DNA from: the human T2T-CHM13v2.0 reference genome, Homo sapiens
DNA: 64,000 nt
NCBI RefSeq assembly: GCF_009914755.1
Contig: NC_060926.1
Strand: one strand, 5' to 3'
A program made the position numbers and the translations under genes. Below, piece by piece: positions 1 through 15,365 of this stretch. Positions within the stretch are counted from its first letter, which is position 1, and each line of letters opens with the position of its first letter. The notes beneath the pieces are model-generated. The model did not search any database and was not told the DNA's origin. It worked only from the letters and a program-made list of their open reading frames with translations.

Positions 1-306
1 TGCCTCAGCCTCCCGAGTAGCTGGGACTACAGGCAGCCGCCACCACACCCAGCTAATTTTTTTGTATTTTGAGTAGAGACGGGGTTTCATTGTGTTAGCC
101 AGGATGGTCTCAATCTCCTAACCTGGTGATCCACCCGCCTCAGCCTCCCAAAGTGCTCACCGCACCCGGCCAATTTTTGTATTTGTAGTAGAGACGGGGT
201 TTCAGCATGTTGGCTAGGCTGGTCTTGAACTCCTGACCTCAGGTGATCCCCCTGCCTCGGCCTCCCAAAGTGCTGGGATTACAGGCGTGAGCCATGGCAC
301 CCGGCC
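1..306 (-). mobile_element. Partial Alu followed by a second Alu left arm (probably nested)
   Basis: Antisense Alu consensus ends at about 170, then a second left monomer runs 172-306. Confidence 0.85.
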
Positions 307-644
307 ATTCTTACATTCTTATATATCTACTCTTAACATTTTTATATTCATGCATCCACTCAGCCAATATTTGGAGCTACTGCTGTGGACTGAGTACTTG
401 CTGAACCATGTTGTACTAACCCTTGCCTAACTGGTTAACTCTGGGTGATAACCTGTGAAAAATGAGGAATGTTGTAAGCCAGTCCTTTAGGGCAACCTTA
501 ATTCAGGTCATTTGTGAAGAGATACATCATAAATCCTTATGATACATATAAATTTTAGTATTTTAATTAGAGGGTAAGTGATCATCTTTATACCAGCTGT
601 TTCCTAGCTGTCCAAAGTGACTTAAACATGGTATTCTTTTACAG

Positions 645-1340
645 AAATTTTTGTTTTGAAAGTATAAATTCACATGCAGTTGTAACGATAGTACTGAGAG
701 TTCTCTTGTACAAGTCACTCAGGTTCTCCCAATGGTTATATTTTGTATAACTACAGTATAATCTCAAAGCTGAGAAACTGACACTGGCAAAATGTATGTG
801 TCTAGTTTAATGCCATTTTATCACATGTGCACACTCATGTAACAACCACCTCTGTCAAGATACAGGGCTATTCTATCACCAGGAAGACTGCCCTCTTCTT
901 ACCTCCCCACACCATCCCTCTTGCTACCTGCCCCTCTCCCAACCCCTAAACTCTGGCAACCACAGGTCTATTTTCCATTTGTATAAACTTGTCATTTTGA
1001 GATAGTTAAATAAATGGAATCATATGGTATGTGCTCTTTTGAGATTGGGCTTTTCTCACTTAGCATAAGCCTTTGCAATCCTTCCAAGTTATTGCGTGTA
1101 TCCAAAGTTCATTTCTTTTTATTGCTGGGTAGTATTCCACTGGGCGGATGTGTCATAGTATTTTGGCTATTTCAAATCAAGTTGCTGTGTATAACCATGT
1201 ACAAGTTTGTGTGGCTTTACGTTTTTATTTATCTGGGATAAATGCAATTGCTAGGATATGTCGTAAGAGCATGTGTAGTCTTTTTTAAGAAACTGCCCAG
1301 CTGTTTTTCAGAGGGGTCATATCATTTTACATTCCCAGTG
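645..1340 (-). mobile_element. L1M (L1MC-like) 3' fragment
   Basis: Antisense L1M 3'UTR motifs (ctctggcaaccac, ggaatcata, aactgcc). Confidence 0.75.
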
Positions 1341-1691
1341 TGTTATTTTTTTAATTAAAAAAATAAATTCCTTAATAAATTGATTATTGATAATGGTTCT
1401 TCACATGGGAAAGCCAATTTGTGAATTTGTTTATAATCATTATGTATGACCACATCACGGTCTTTTTCCAACACATCATAATTGATGGGGAAACCTAGGA
1501 TCCTAGGTCATTGGCTGACTAGACCAGCAAATATAGAAGTTATCTTATACAGATATGAGCAGGAATGGACACATCCATCAACAGGCCTTCCATTGTTGGA
1601 CTTCACTATATCAGTGTGGACACAATTCGTTCCGGCATTCCAGGTAATCAAGAGTCACTTTGTTGTCAAAGATGCTGAAACAATTTTTTAG

Positions 1692-1985
<294 letters not shown>

Positions 1986-2079
1986 TAGCTCCACTTTTTT
2001 GTAGGAGAATGTGCAAGGATGGAACGTCATGTCAGTGAATCTCAGAGACAGCAGTCAAAGCCACAGAGCAGTGGGAGGA

Positions 2080-2250
2080 AAAATAACTCTGGCTTTGGGG
2101 TCAGTTCTGTTACTTTCTAGCTGTTTGGCCCATGTTACTTAAACTCTCAGCCTCAGCTTCCTTTTCTGTAAAATGGGACCACTAGTGTCCATTTCACAGG
2201 ATCCATGAGATTATTAAATGCAATTGTGCGTGTAAATCAGTGGGCATGTA
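2080..2250 (+). mobile_element. MIR
   Basis: MIR core (cctcagcttccttttctgtaaaatggg). Confidence 0.7.
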
Positions 2251-2369
2251 GTATCAACAAACACAGGTACTGTTTGTTGGGGGCTTAATTTGAGGCACTG
2301 TGCTGAGCTCCTTGTAGGCGCTTTAAATAAAATGACAAGTTTTCTTTCCACACTTTCTAATTTCCTTTT

Positions 2370-2520
2370 GTTTTCTTACTCTTATCTTCCTAAAGCTAGG
2401 AATATGATAGTGAGTTTATCACTTCATTCAAAAAATATATACTGAGCATTGTTTTCTTACTGGTTTTTTTAAATCTTCCCTAAAGCTAGGAATATGATGG
2501 TAAGTTTATAATTTCATTCT
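2370..2520. repeat. Diverged tandem duplication (about 85-90 bp period)
   Basis: tcttcctaaagctaggaatatgat(a/g)gt(g/a)agtttat occurs twice. Confidence 0.75.
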
Positions 2521-3385
2521 TTCATTTAGCAAATATTTATTGAGCAACTATTCTGTTCCAGGCCTGGTTCTAGGTTCTGAGGTCATAGCTCTGAACAACA
2601 TCTGTGTTCTCATGGAGATTACATTCTAGCAGAAGGCTAACAAGAAACCAGCAAGCAAATATGTATACTAGAGAATTTCAGACAGTTCTCAGTGTGAAGG
2701 AAACAAAAAGGAACAGGGCAGTGTGAGATGGCAGAGTCATCAGGGATGAGGCAGGGGAGACAATGAAGAAGGGCTACCTTAGAAATTGTGACTGGGAATG
2801 AACCTTTAAGGAGGAGACATCAGAAAAGAAATAGGAGGGAAGAGAGAAAACAGCAATAGAAACATGCAGGAAAACAGAGTTGGAGGCAGAGTGTATGCAA
2901 GTGAAATGAACTTGGTGTGGTTTGAGGAGCAGGAAGAAGGTCAGGGTTCCTGGTGCTTGACAAACGAGAGCATTTGTGGAGTAAAGATGAAGAAGGAAAT
3001 TGGGTCTTCTAGGACATGGCAAGAAATTTGAACTTTATTGTAAATGTGACAGGAGGGTTTTGAACATTGGAACCATGTGATTTGATTTATATTTTACAGG
3101 GAGTATTCATTTGGCTGTTTGAAAAGGAGACTGGAGAGGTTAAGGTGGCAAGGGAGCATGCAAAAGAATGAGTGAGAGGGCTAATGCGATACTCCTGGTG
3201 AGAGGTGACTGTGGTTTGGCCAATGCTTCTAGCAGCTGAGCTGGAGAGAAGAGGATGGATTTGGGATAAATTTTGGAGAGGAGCTGATAGGATCTATCAG
3301 ATGGATAAAACACAGGAGTGAAAGAACAGAAGGAATAAAGGATGACTTCAGGCTTTTGGCTGAGCATTTGTTGATGGGAAATCCA
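2515..3385 (-). mobile_element. L2
   Basis: cattcattt/atttattgagca L2 3' end and gctctcatggag motifs. Confidence 0.75.
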
Positions 3386-3706
3386 GGGCGCTCTTAATGT
3401 TCCATTGTGTGTTTTAAAAGGGAGCAGTGTCTTGTATTGTACAAGATGCACTCAGTCCTGTATATGCTATTATCAGTGAGAAACAAGACTGGGCTATAGA
3501 TTTGTTGGTATTAGAGAAGAGAGGTTGATTACTTCTTGAATCCTCTAGGATTTTTCCTTTATGGATACATGTGTTGGACTACTTTGTAAGTTTTGCTTCA
3601 ATTATCCTCCAACTGTCCCATTTTCCTACTCTACTCGTGGCTCCCACTTCTGCTTCTTCTGCACCTCAGTAGAACAGGAGCAGCCTCCCAGGGCATGGCA
3701 AGTTCA

Positions 3707-4090
<384 letters not shown>

Positions 4091-4299
4091 AATGCCATCC
4101 TGGCTGCCTGTGCTGATCCTGAACAAGGTTTGGGGGCTAGAGCAGAGCAGACCCCTACGCATGTCTCCTTTGGTTTAGGGTCTTTGGGGAAGGGATGCTG
4201 CAGCCATTGGTGATTGGTGGTACCGAAACCCCAGCCTAGCGGCTTTGGGCTGACTCTGTGGGAAGCTGGTGTCAACTGTAAAAAGCTTCTCATCTGCAG

Positions 4300-4670
4300 T
4301 GCTTTGACAAGTACTTTCAGGAGAGTTTCTTAATTCTCTGAGCTCTAATTCCCTCATCTGAAAGGCAGAGTAGTAATAATTATGGCTTCTTAGAGTTTTT
4401 ATGAGAATTGACTTAATTTCAGAGGCAGTAAACAGCCCAGGTAAGCTTGGCTTCGAGTGTGGAGTCAGGCCTTTCAATTCCTTTCCATCTGGAATTTTGG
4501 GTGGTGGGACATGGGAACAAGTTTCTTACCCTCTCTGTGCCTCAGTTTCCTTATTCCCAATAAGAGAATAATAATGGTACCTTCTTGTTATGGTTGCTGT
4601 GAGAATTGGATGAAATATTTTATGGGAAATGCTTTAAACTGTGACTGGTATTTGATTATAGCACTTAAAA
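4300..4670 (+). mobile_element. Two MIR fragments
   Basis: MIR core motifs near 4340 and 4535. Confidence 0.6.
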
Positions 4671-4682
4671 AATACCTGTTGA

Positions 4683-5061
<379 letters not shown>

Positions 5062-5091
5062 TTAACAGCATTAAAAAGTTAGTTATTGTGG

Positions 5092-5457
<366 letters not shown>

Positions 5458-6594
5458 TTATCACACAAATCTAATCTCTGGGATCTAAATGAGAGGATCA
5501 CACACTCAGATGGCTACAGGGGCGAGACAGGTCACACAAATAAATGAGGGTGCAAGCTCTGCGATGAAGGGTCCACAATCAGAATCAGATCTGTTAAAAT
5601 AGGCTATGGCCAACTATTTCAATACCAGCAGTATCACTTGCAGATTCTTTCAGAGAAGCTGGAAATCTGAAATTTTTATTAATAGATGAGATTTCTGGGT
5701 TTATTAATGTTAGCAGTTTAACCAAAGAGTTTAGAAACACCTTGTTGGCTAAAGAAATGTATGTTTCAGGGGAGTGGCCTTGACCCACAGACCACCAGTT
5801 TAGAAATGCTGATCTAGACTACTGCAGATTAGTTTGTGAGACCAGCCAGAAATAGGATCCAGAAAGGTCAATATACATGGGAGAATGGTTAGAGCACCAG
5901 GAACCACTGGAGTGACAGGCTCAGGTGGGTGGATCCTCAGAAGCTGCTCTGGGGCAGGAGAAAGACTGGACTTGGGAGCAAGAAGGATGCTGAAAAGATG
6001 AAGCCCGTGACCGAAGGTGACCTGGGCATACTTGACAAGCTAATCTAGGGCTGGCCCCAATGCCACAGATATCTGTATTTTGAATACAGGTTGTTTTTAC
6101 TTCCTTGGCAATCAGGTTACACAGAGGCAGTATTGTTCAATTCCTATGGCTTCCCGGGACCTGAATTGCACCTGCTGTGCATAACGATGGCATCATCCAT
6201 AATTAGGCAATGACTTGCTTTTGTCTTGAGGCTTCTATGGGCCTTACCTGATGCAGGCATTCTGGAGGGAGTGTAAGTGGAAAGACTCTAGCAGAGTCAG
6301 GTAATATAATTCAGCACACTAAAGTGAACTATGGAACAGGTGCACATACAATGCAATAGCTCAGTTTCACTTTTAATGACTTGCATTATCACACAGCTAT
6401 TTGGTTATCGTTTTCATAACTCAACAATCTCAAATTAAGACTTTACTATACTTATATAATGGTCTTCTATCCATGGGCAGAGACAAGCAAGGTACAAAAT
6501 CAGGGGGGAAAATGAAGGCTAAATATGTATTACTAATATTCAAAATGAGAATCAAACATTTGTTATTTAAAAGTTATAGGACAATAGCAGTTGA

Positions 6595-6810
6595 TGAGTG
6601 GTTCTTAACGGGGGCAATTTTACCACCACCAGGGGACATTCGCAATGTTTGGAGACATTTTTGGTTGTCACAACTGAGGGTAGCGTTTGCTACTGGCATC
6701 TAGTGGTAGAGACTGGGGATGTTTCAGAATATCCTACAATGTACAGGAAGACCCCCAACAATGATCAGCCCCAACATATCAACAGAGACAAGGTCAAAAT
6801 AGTTCGAAAT
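6595..6810 (+). mobile_element. MER20 (hAT-Charlie)
   Basis: gtggttcttaacgggggcaatttt...ggagacatttttggttgtcacaact. Confidence 0.85.
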
Positions 6811-7478
6811 ATGCAATAGTTTGAAAGAAAAAAATTCATCTGCATGTAACTTTAGAAATGAAACTAGGGCGTAAATTAAAGGCTGCCATGCATATGCACG
6901 TAAATTAAAAGGTTAAAGGTGTGCATATGTGTGACTGATTACAGCAAATTGCTGTCTCTTCATGAACTCTTAGCTGAATTAATCAAACCAATTATATATG
7001 TAGGAAGCAACCTACCTCCTCCGATAACAAGAAAATCATTTTCGCATGCAGCTTTAAGCACGTGGAAGGCCCCCAAAAGATGAATGTGCTGATGACATGC
7101 AGAGCAAAAATCATACGAAGAGGAAAAACTTGAAGAGCAAAACCTAGGGTCCTTGATCCTTCCAAGTGGACCCACCAATTGTGTCTTCTCCACTCATTGC
7201 TCCCAGTGTGTGGTAGAGTTGATCTCCTTTGACATCTTGCTTTACTAACAGATGCTTTAAATATAAAACAAGTTCAAAGACAGGTAAACAGAAGCTGAGG
7301 CTTTCATGCAGTAGAGTGTACTGTGGCTAAGTTATCTGTCAAGTACAATGTTTACTCAGTTGAGATACCTCTCAATTGAAGATGCGGGCCATTATTTCCT
7401 AAAGGGGAGTTCTACCCTGAAGTATAGTCTGAGCTGTTAAGGACAGAGGATAACATAAAATAGCTGAAAAGTTTGGGA

Positions 7479-7528
7479 TATTGAGATAAAATGCTGAATT
7501 TCGTATTGAGATAAAATGCTGAATTTCA
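7479..7528. repeat. 25-bp tandem duplication
   Basis: tattgagataaaatgctgaatttc occurs twice. Confidence 0.9.
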
Positions 7529-7577
7529 TGAAGCATCTAATAGAAAAGAAGCAAGATTGAGGGTTTTAGGTTTTGCA

Positions 7578-7877
7578 TTTTTTTTTTTTTTGAGACTGTC
7601 ATGCTCTGTCACCCAGGCCGGAGTACATTGGTGCTATAGTGGTGCTGTCACTGCAGCCTCCGCATCCTGGGCTCAAGCTATCCTCCCACCTCAGCCTCCC
7701 AAGTAGCTGGGACCACAGACACATGCCACCACCCCCAGCTAATTAAAATATTTTTTCTTTTGTGGATACGGGGTTCCCCTGTGTTGCTCAGGCTGGTCTC
7801 GAATCCCTGGGCTCAAATGATCTTCCCACCTCAGCCCCCAAAGTGCTGGGATTACAGAAATGAGTCACCGCACTCAG
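7578..7877 (-). mobile_element. AluJ
   Basis: Antisense dimer with J-type sequence. Confidence 0.9.
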
Positions 7878-7992
7878 GCATTTCGATTTTACTGAAAAGG
7901 GGCAGGAGTGTGGGGCCTGGCTTTTAAATGAAATCTGTACACAAACTATTAAGGTAGGTATTCCCGCTTTCCTATAAAGTCTCATTATGTAG

Positions 7993-8696
<704 letters not shown>

Positions 8697-8829
8697 TAAA
8701 AAGTCTTAATTGTTACACTTAATTGAAGTAGACATCCTTACGTTTTTTTTCCCAAGTTGGTGATCCTCTTTCATAGTTCCCATTATTAAACCTCTTTCTC
8801 TCTTTTGTTTCAGACAAAAATAGGAAGGG

Positions 8830-9020
8830 TTGGTATTTACTGAGCACTTACCAGATGTTGTTGTAAGTACTTTACAGATAGCTATTTAAGCCTCATCTGT
8901 GAAATGTATTTTATTAACCAATTTCCGAATGAGGAAACTGAGGCCCAGAGGATGTAAATAATTGAAAGTAATTTAGCTAGTAAGGGAGGAGTCAAACTTC
9001 AAGCTAGGCAATTTAGCCCT
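8830..9020 (-). mobile_element. MIR
   Basis: gaggaaactgaggcccagag core. Confidence 0.7.
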
Positions 9021-9204
9021 AGAATTTGTGATGTATTGTGCAGTCTGAAATCAGGATCTAGAATTTTTCTAAACCACGAGTCAGTATTGTCAGGGGGGGA
9101 GTAATTGAGAAAATTGATTTCTTGTTTTTCCTGAGATTCCTTTGAATTATCCTCACTGCCTTTGAAAGAAAGGTGTACAAGTGAAGGAAGGAGTACAAGT
9201 GATG

Positions 9205-9246
9205 CCTTTGATAGCTCAGTTGGTAGAGTGGAGGACTGTAGTGGAT
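9205..9246 (+). pseudogene. 5' fragment of intron-containing pre-tRNA-Tyr(GTA)
   Basis: CCTTtGATAGCTCAGTTGGTAGAGtGGAGGACTGTAG+tggat matches the tRNA-Tyr 5' half with two CpG C>T changes plus intron-start bases; no T-arm or 3' half. Confidence 0.85.
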
Positions 9247-9258
9247 GAGAACGGACTA

Positions 9259-9452
9259 TAGAAAGTCCGCACTTGGTGTCGTCAATAGGTTCTTGAAAAC
9301 TGCAACTTTAAGCAAAATGAGGTATAACAAAACCATTTTGTTCTCATTAATGTTATAACAAAATGATGTTATTTGAAGACCTGCAGTTCATCATTTCGCT
9401 TAAAGTTGTAGTTTCCAAGAATCTATTGACGAGGTTAAGTAAGAACTTACTA
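9259..9452. mobile_element. MER6B-like (TcMar-Tigger MITE)
   Basis: Long terminal inverted repeats (gtcaataggttcttgaaaactgcaactttaagc / gcttaaagttgtagtttccaagaatctattgac). Confidence 0.8.
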
Positions 9453-9499
9453 TACTTAAAAGTTTACAGATTTGGAGACGCTTTGGGGGCAGTCTTTGC

Positions 9500-9745
9500 A
9501 GAGCGGCAAGATAGCAGTGGACAAGAAAATGGATTCACTTTGTGTTAGATGGAAGTGACTTGATCTCTAGTTAAATCTACTAACTGAGTGATGTTGAGCA
9601 AGTCACTTAATGTCCCTGAGCCTCAGGTTCCTCATTTGTAAAGTGGATAATAACACATCTTTGAATTGTAAGGATTAAGTGATATAATTCAGGTCAAGTG
9701 CCTAACACAGTGCCTGGTACAAAGAAAGGGCTTAGTAGATGATAG
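9500..9745 (+). mobile_element. MIR
   Basis: gagcctcaggttcctcatttgtaaagtgg and acagtgcctgg motifs. Confidence 0.8.
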
Positions 9746-9937
9746 TTCTTGTTTTGCAGGGAGCTTCATGGTGGAATTATAGGATGGGGATGGATTAGCA
9801 AGCAAATCTCAGATAAACATTTTGAAACTGTGAGATTAAATTCTGTTTCTGCCAATTTAAAATAAGGTGACCCTTGGAAAATGGTTTGGCACTTTGGAAA
9901 CTTTAATTCATAATGAATTTAATTTAATTTATAAAGG

Positions 9938-10298
<361 letters not shown>

Positions 10299-10335
10299 TC
10301 ACCTTTATAATTTGTTATGTGGCACATGTCTCACA

Positions 10336-10791
10336 TATAAGAGGCAGGACTTGACTCTGGACCAGATTAAAGACTAGTTAAACATGGAAGAATCAACATA
10401 AGCCTCTCTCCATAAGACATGCCCACCAATGCCATGACAGTTTACCATTGCCATGACAACACGTGGAAGTTACCACCCCTTTCCATGGCAATGACCTGGA
10501 AGTTATCACTTCTTTTCTAGAAATTTATGAATAATATGCCCCTTAATTTGCATATAATTAAAATTGGGTATAAATATATACGCAGAGCTGCCTCTGAGCT
10601 GCTCCTCTGAACGTAACTGCCTAGCGGGTAGCCCTGCTCTGCAGAAGCGGTCACTGAGTTGTTAGCACTGCTGCCTCAATAAAGCCATTTTCTTCTATCA
10701 CCAGCTCACTCTTGAATTCTTTCCTGAGCAAAACCAAAAAACCTTCCCAGGCTGAGCCCCAGCTTTGGGGCTCACCTGCCCTGAGACATCA
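10336..10791 (+). mobile_element. ERV1 MER4-group solo LTR (MER66-like)
   Basis: gccatgacagtttaccattgccatg repeats, TATA box, AATAAA, gaattctttcctg...gccctg..catca end. Confidence 0.75.
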
Positions 10792-11249
10792 CTAATGATC
10801 TTTTTTTTTTTTGATTGCATGTAGTAAAACGCTTCTATATTACCTCTGTTCTTAAAAGCAAAATTAAGCAAAACAAAACTCAGGAAGAGTAAGCTAGAGA
10901 CCGGATACCTATTGAGTTAATATTTTGATATACAGCAAACAGCATTTGCTATTTTGGTACCAAGAAACAAAGTCACCCAAGGAAGACGATGATACAATTT
11001 ACACACTTGGAAGGGGCTTTGAGAGACCTAGTTTTTCTTGACACTTTCGTTTTATGGATGAAGGAATGAAAAAGAAAAAGGCATAGTATGGAAAACGGAG
11101 ACCAGGTGATTGGTATGTCACAGGGAACTTGGAAGCAGTAGTGATAATTTTCCCTCCTGGTGGTTTTCCAAAGAGATTACTTTCTAGTTTGGGATTTGGT
11201 TAGTCTCAACTCATTCCTGTAGAATCAGATCCTGCTAAGATTAGGAAGG

Positions 11250-11267
11250 ATCGCCCTCTAGAGGTCA
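11250..11267 (-). promoter_or_regulatory. Candidate CTCF site
   Basis: Minus strand TGACCTCTAGAGGGCGAT resembles the CTCF core CCASYAGRKGGCR; lies in unique sequence. Confidence 0.45.
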
Positions 11268-12247
11268 AAATAAGGAGTGTATACCTGCAAAATGGACTAG
11301 ATTTGGGCAGATGAGGTTCCCCTTCATGAGGATTTTGGAGCTGAACGAAACTCTTCATTTGAGAGATGAATTTAAAGTTTTGCAGAGGGGAAGGGACTTT
11401 ATCACTTGGAAATAATTAGTATAATTCAGGTAATTTGACAATCCAGCTTACGTTCCTTCTCAGGCTTCCCCATCACACTAAATACAGCAGCAAATCTTTA
11501 ATTTGTCAACCTTTTTCATAAGCAGGAGATTCAGGAGCAATAAACGAAAGAAGCAATAATTAATCAGCAGTTGGGGGTATTTCTATTTGTTTACTCCCAT
11601 CACGGCTGCAAGACTGATTGCTTTAACTTTACCATAGTTTGATTAATTCATCAAGACTGGACAGAGTGTATTGAAATGCTAGTTCCACAAAATTTTGCTT
11701 GAACTCTTCTTATACTGTCTGTTTATGAAAGTCCTGAAGTCAGTTAGAGAAATGCATGTAGTTAAGGGTAAGAAAGGCAAGGCCCAAGTTCTGGGAACTT
11801 GGATAAAAGACAGGAGAAATATTTTTGAAAATGTAATTATAGTAGTAATTAATAAAACATATTTCTGAATGCCTGAACAGGGTTAAAACTGGCATCTAAA
11901 TTTAAGCAGGATATTTTTATTCAGAATTTACTTCATTATGAAAATGGCATTCACTGAAGATATTTGTATTAGTTCACTTGGATCACTGAAAATCTAATGC
12001 ATTCACTTCAATATTAACAATTTTTCAGTACTGGAAGCTAATTTTCAGGGAAATGTGATTTATATCTTGTAAACAAGATGGAAAGCAAATGTTTCACTTA
12101 TTGAATCTTTTTATCTATGCAGATACTTGGTAATAGTTAAGTAATGGAGCTTTGTAGTCGCTGTCACTTAATTTTCTACTGTTTACCATCATCATGTTTA
12201 GAAAACTGCATTCAAGAGGAGAAAAAATCACCCTTCTTTTAAGATAG

Positions 12248-12556
<309 letters not shown>

Positions 12557-12662
12557 TAACATATTTCTGAATGGTTTTTGGTTCCTGACAGAAAGTGAGC
12601 TGAAAGCTGATTGGATCTTAGCTGGCAAGTCTTACAAGATCACAAATTCTAGGAGTAAGGCA

Positions 12663-12736
12663 TAAAATCAGTAAACAAGAGTTACAGCATCCGTGAAGTA
12701 AAATCAGTAAACAAGAGTTACAGCATCCGTGAAGTA
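12663..12736. repeat. Perfect 36-bp tandem duplication
   Basis: taaaatcagtaaacaagagttacagcatccgtgaag occurs twice. Confidence 0.95.
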
Positions 12737-13184
12737 CAAGTCTGAGAGCCTAAAGGCAGGATGTGAAACTGACGTGAAAAATGTGGCACTTAAAACTCAG
12801 GACACAGATATACATAACCAGGAGGAAAAGAGTCTCTTCTTTGGCTAAGCAAAGAAATGGTGGACCACTGACTTGAATTTAACAAGATGCATAGATAAGT
12901 ATTTTTTACATCAAGGATTTAGACCTGCATATACTTTTAGGGAACAAGATTTGATTAATAGCATGTTGTCAAATATTTTTTCTCCTTTACGTTCCTTAAT
13001 AGGCCATGTAAATGAAGGACAGTATCATTCAACAATATCCTGGAATTGTCTCTGTTGATATTAAAGAATGTTGGATGAAATGATTATTAACCTGAAATTT
13101 GTATATATTATCTTTTTGGTGATAAATTCATGTAGCTTTTAGTAAGCATTTGAAATTATACACAATATGATGAGTTATGTTTGA

Positions 13185-13504
<320 letters not shown>

Positions 13505-13614
13505 GATGTAGTTACTTTTAAAAAAGAAAGGATAATAGTTATAGATTTAGTTTATGCATTTAATACTTATGAAAGGGCTGGGATACATTTTGTGATAATA
13601 GAGCCTAAGAAGCA

Positions 13615-13656
13615 AACACACATGCACACACACACACACACACAGACACACACACA
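13615..13656. repeat. (CA)n microsatellite
   Basis: Seen directly. Confidence 0.9.
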
Positions 13657-14129
13657 CTACCCATCTTGTATCATACTGCACATTATATTTTCTCTAAGAC
13701 TAACTAAACTAATCTCAGTGTGAAATTTACTGGCCAACCAAACAATGGCTTAAGGTAAAACTGCATAATGTCATAAATGTGCATCCTCCAAACTTTTTAT
13801 CTTTTACTTTATTTTATAAGGTCCACCTTTGGAGGAACCATAAGGTTCTGAAATCAATAAAAACTAAGTACATTCTTATGATTAAAGTAATACTCTACCA
13901 TAATGGATAGCAGCATTTGTCTAAATCCGGGATACTTAATGTTGCAAAGACCTTGGTCTCACAGGGCAGACTATAGTCAGACCCATAGTTTGATGCAGTG
14001 TGATTTTCCTGTTGCTGGCGTTGAACCCAGTGGTCATCAAGTTGCATTTTTCCCCGAGGTTTGTATTCTGCCAAAATTTGGCTGGAAAATTATTTTCTTG
14101 TGGATCTGATTTTAAAAGACATTCACAGA

Positions 14130-14453
<324 letters not shown>

Positions 14454-14623
14454 TCACAAGAGCAAACTAACAGCCTTGAGCTTGAAGAGCTCTAATTTGG
14501 TATCTACTTGTTACCCCTGCAATGTCTTTCCTCTCTTCACTTCTCACAGAGATCAACCATGCCTACTTGTCTCCCTCCATTCAGACCAGATTTATTTAGC
14601 AGAAAGCTTTTTGAAAGAAGTCA

Positions 14624-15102
<479 letters not shown>

Positions 15103-15365
15103 TCAGAGAAGCTCTAGAAATCTGTTAGTAGTTTCACCAGCTCTCATATTTTCGGAGGTTTATAAATTGGTAGTAAAATAATTCCCAGGCTCTGTAACAT
15201 AAGTTTAAAGAAGGTGAAAAAATCTCTTAAACATTATTTCAGTGGTGGGAACATATGTTGAGGTCAGAAAAGTTTTTTGAAAAATCAATGATCCAGCCAA
15301 TCTTTAAATGTTATGCCTTGAGAGAGGTGAGGGCCAGGTGCTGTGGCTCATGCCTGTAATCCCAG

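Noticed and set aside
9205-9290. Functional tRNA-Tyr gene
   Set aside because: No 3' half or B-box; the sequence runs into a MER6B-like element.
11700-11770. Possible upstream H-NOX exon (SYTV..ACS..G|gtaag)
   Set aside because: Similarity is not above what chance would give; the first sGC exons could not be located.
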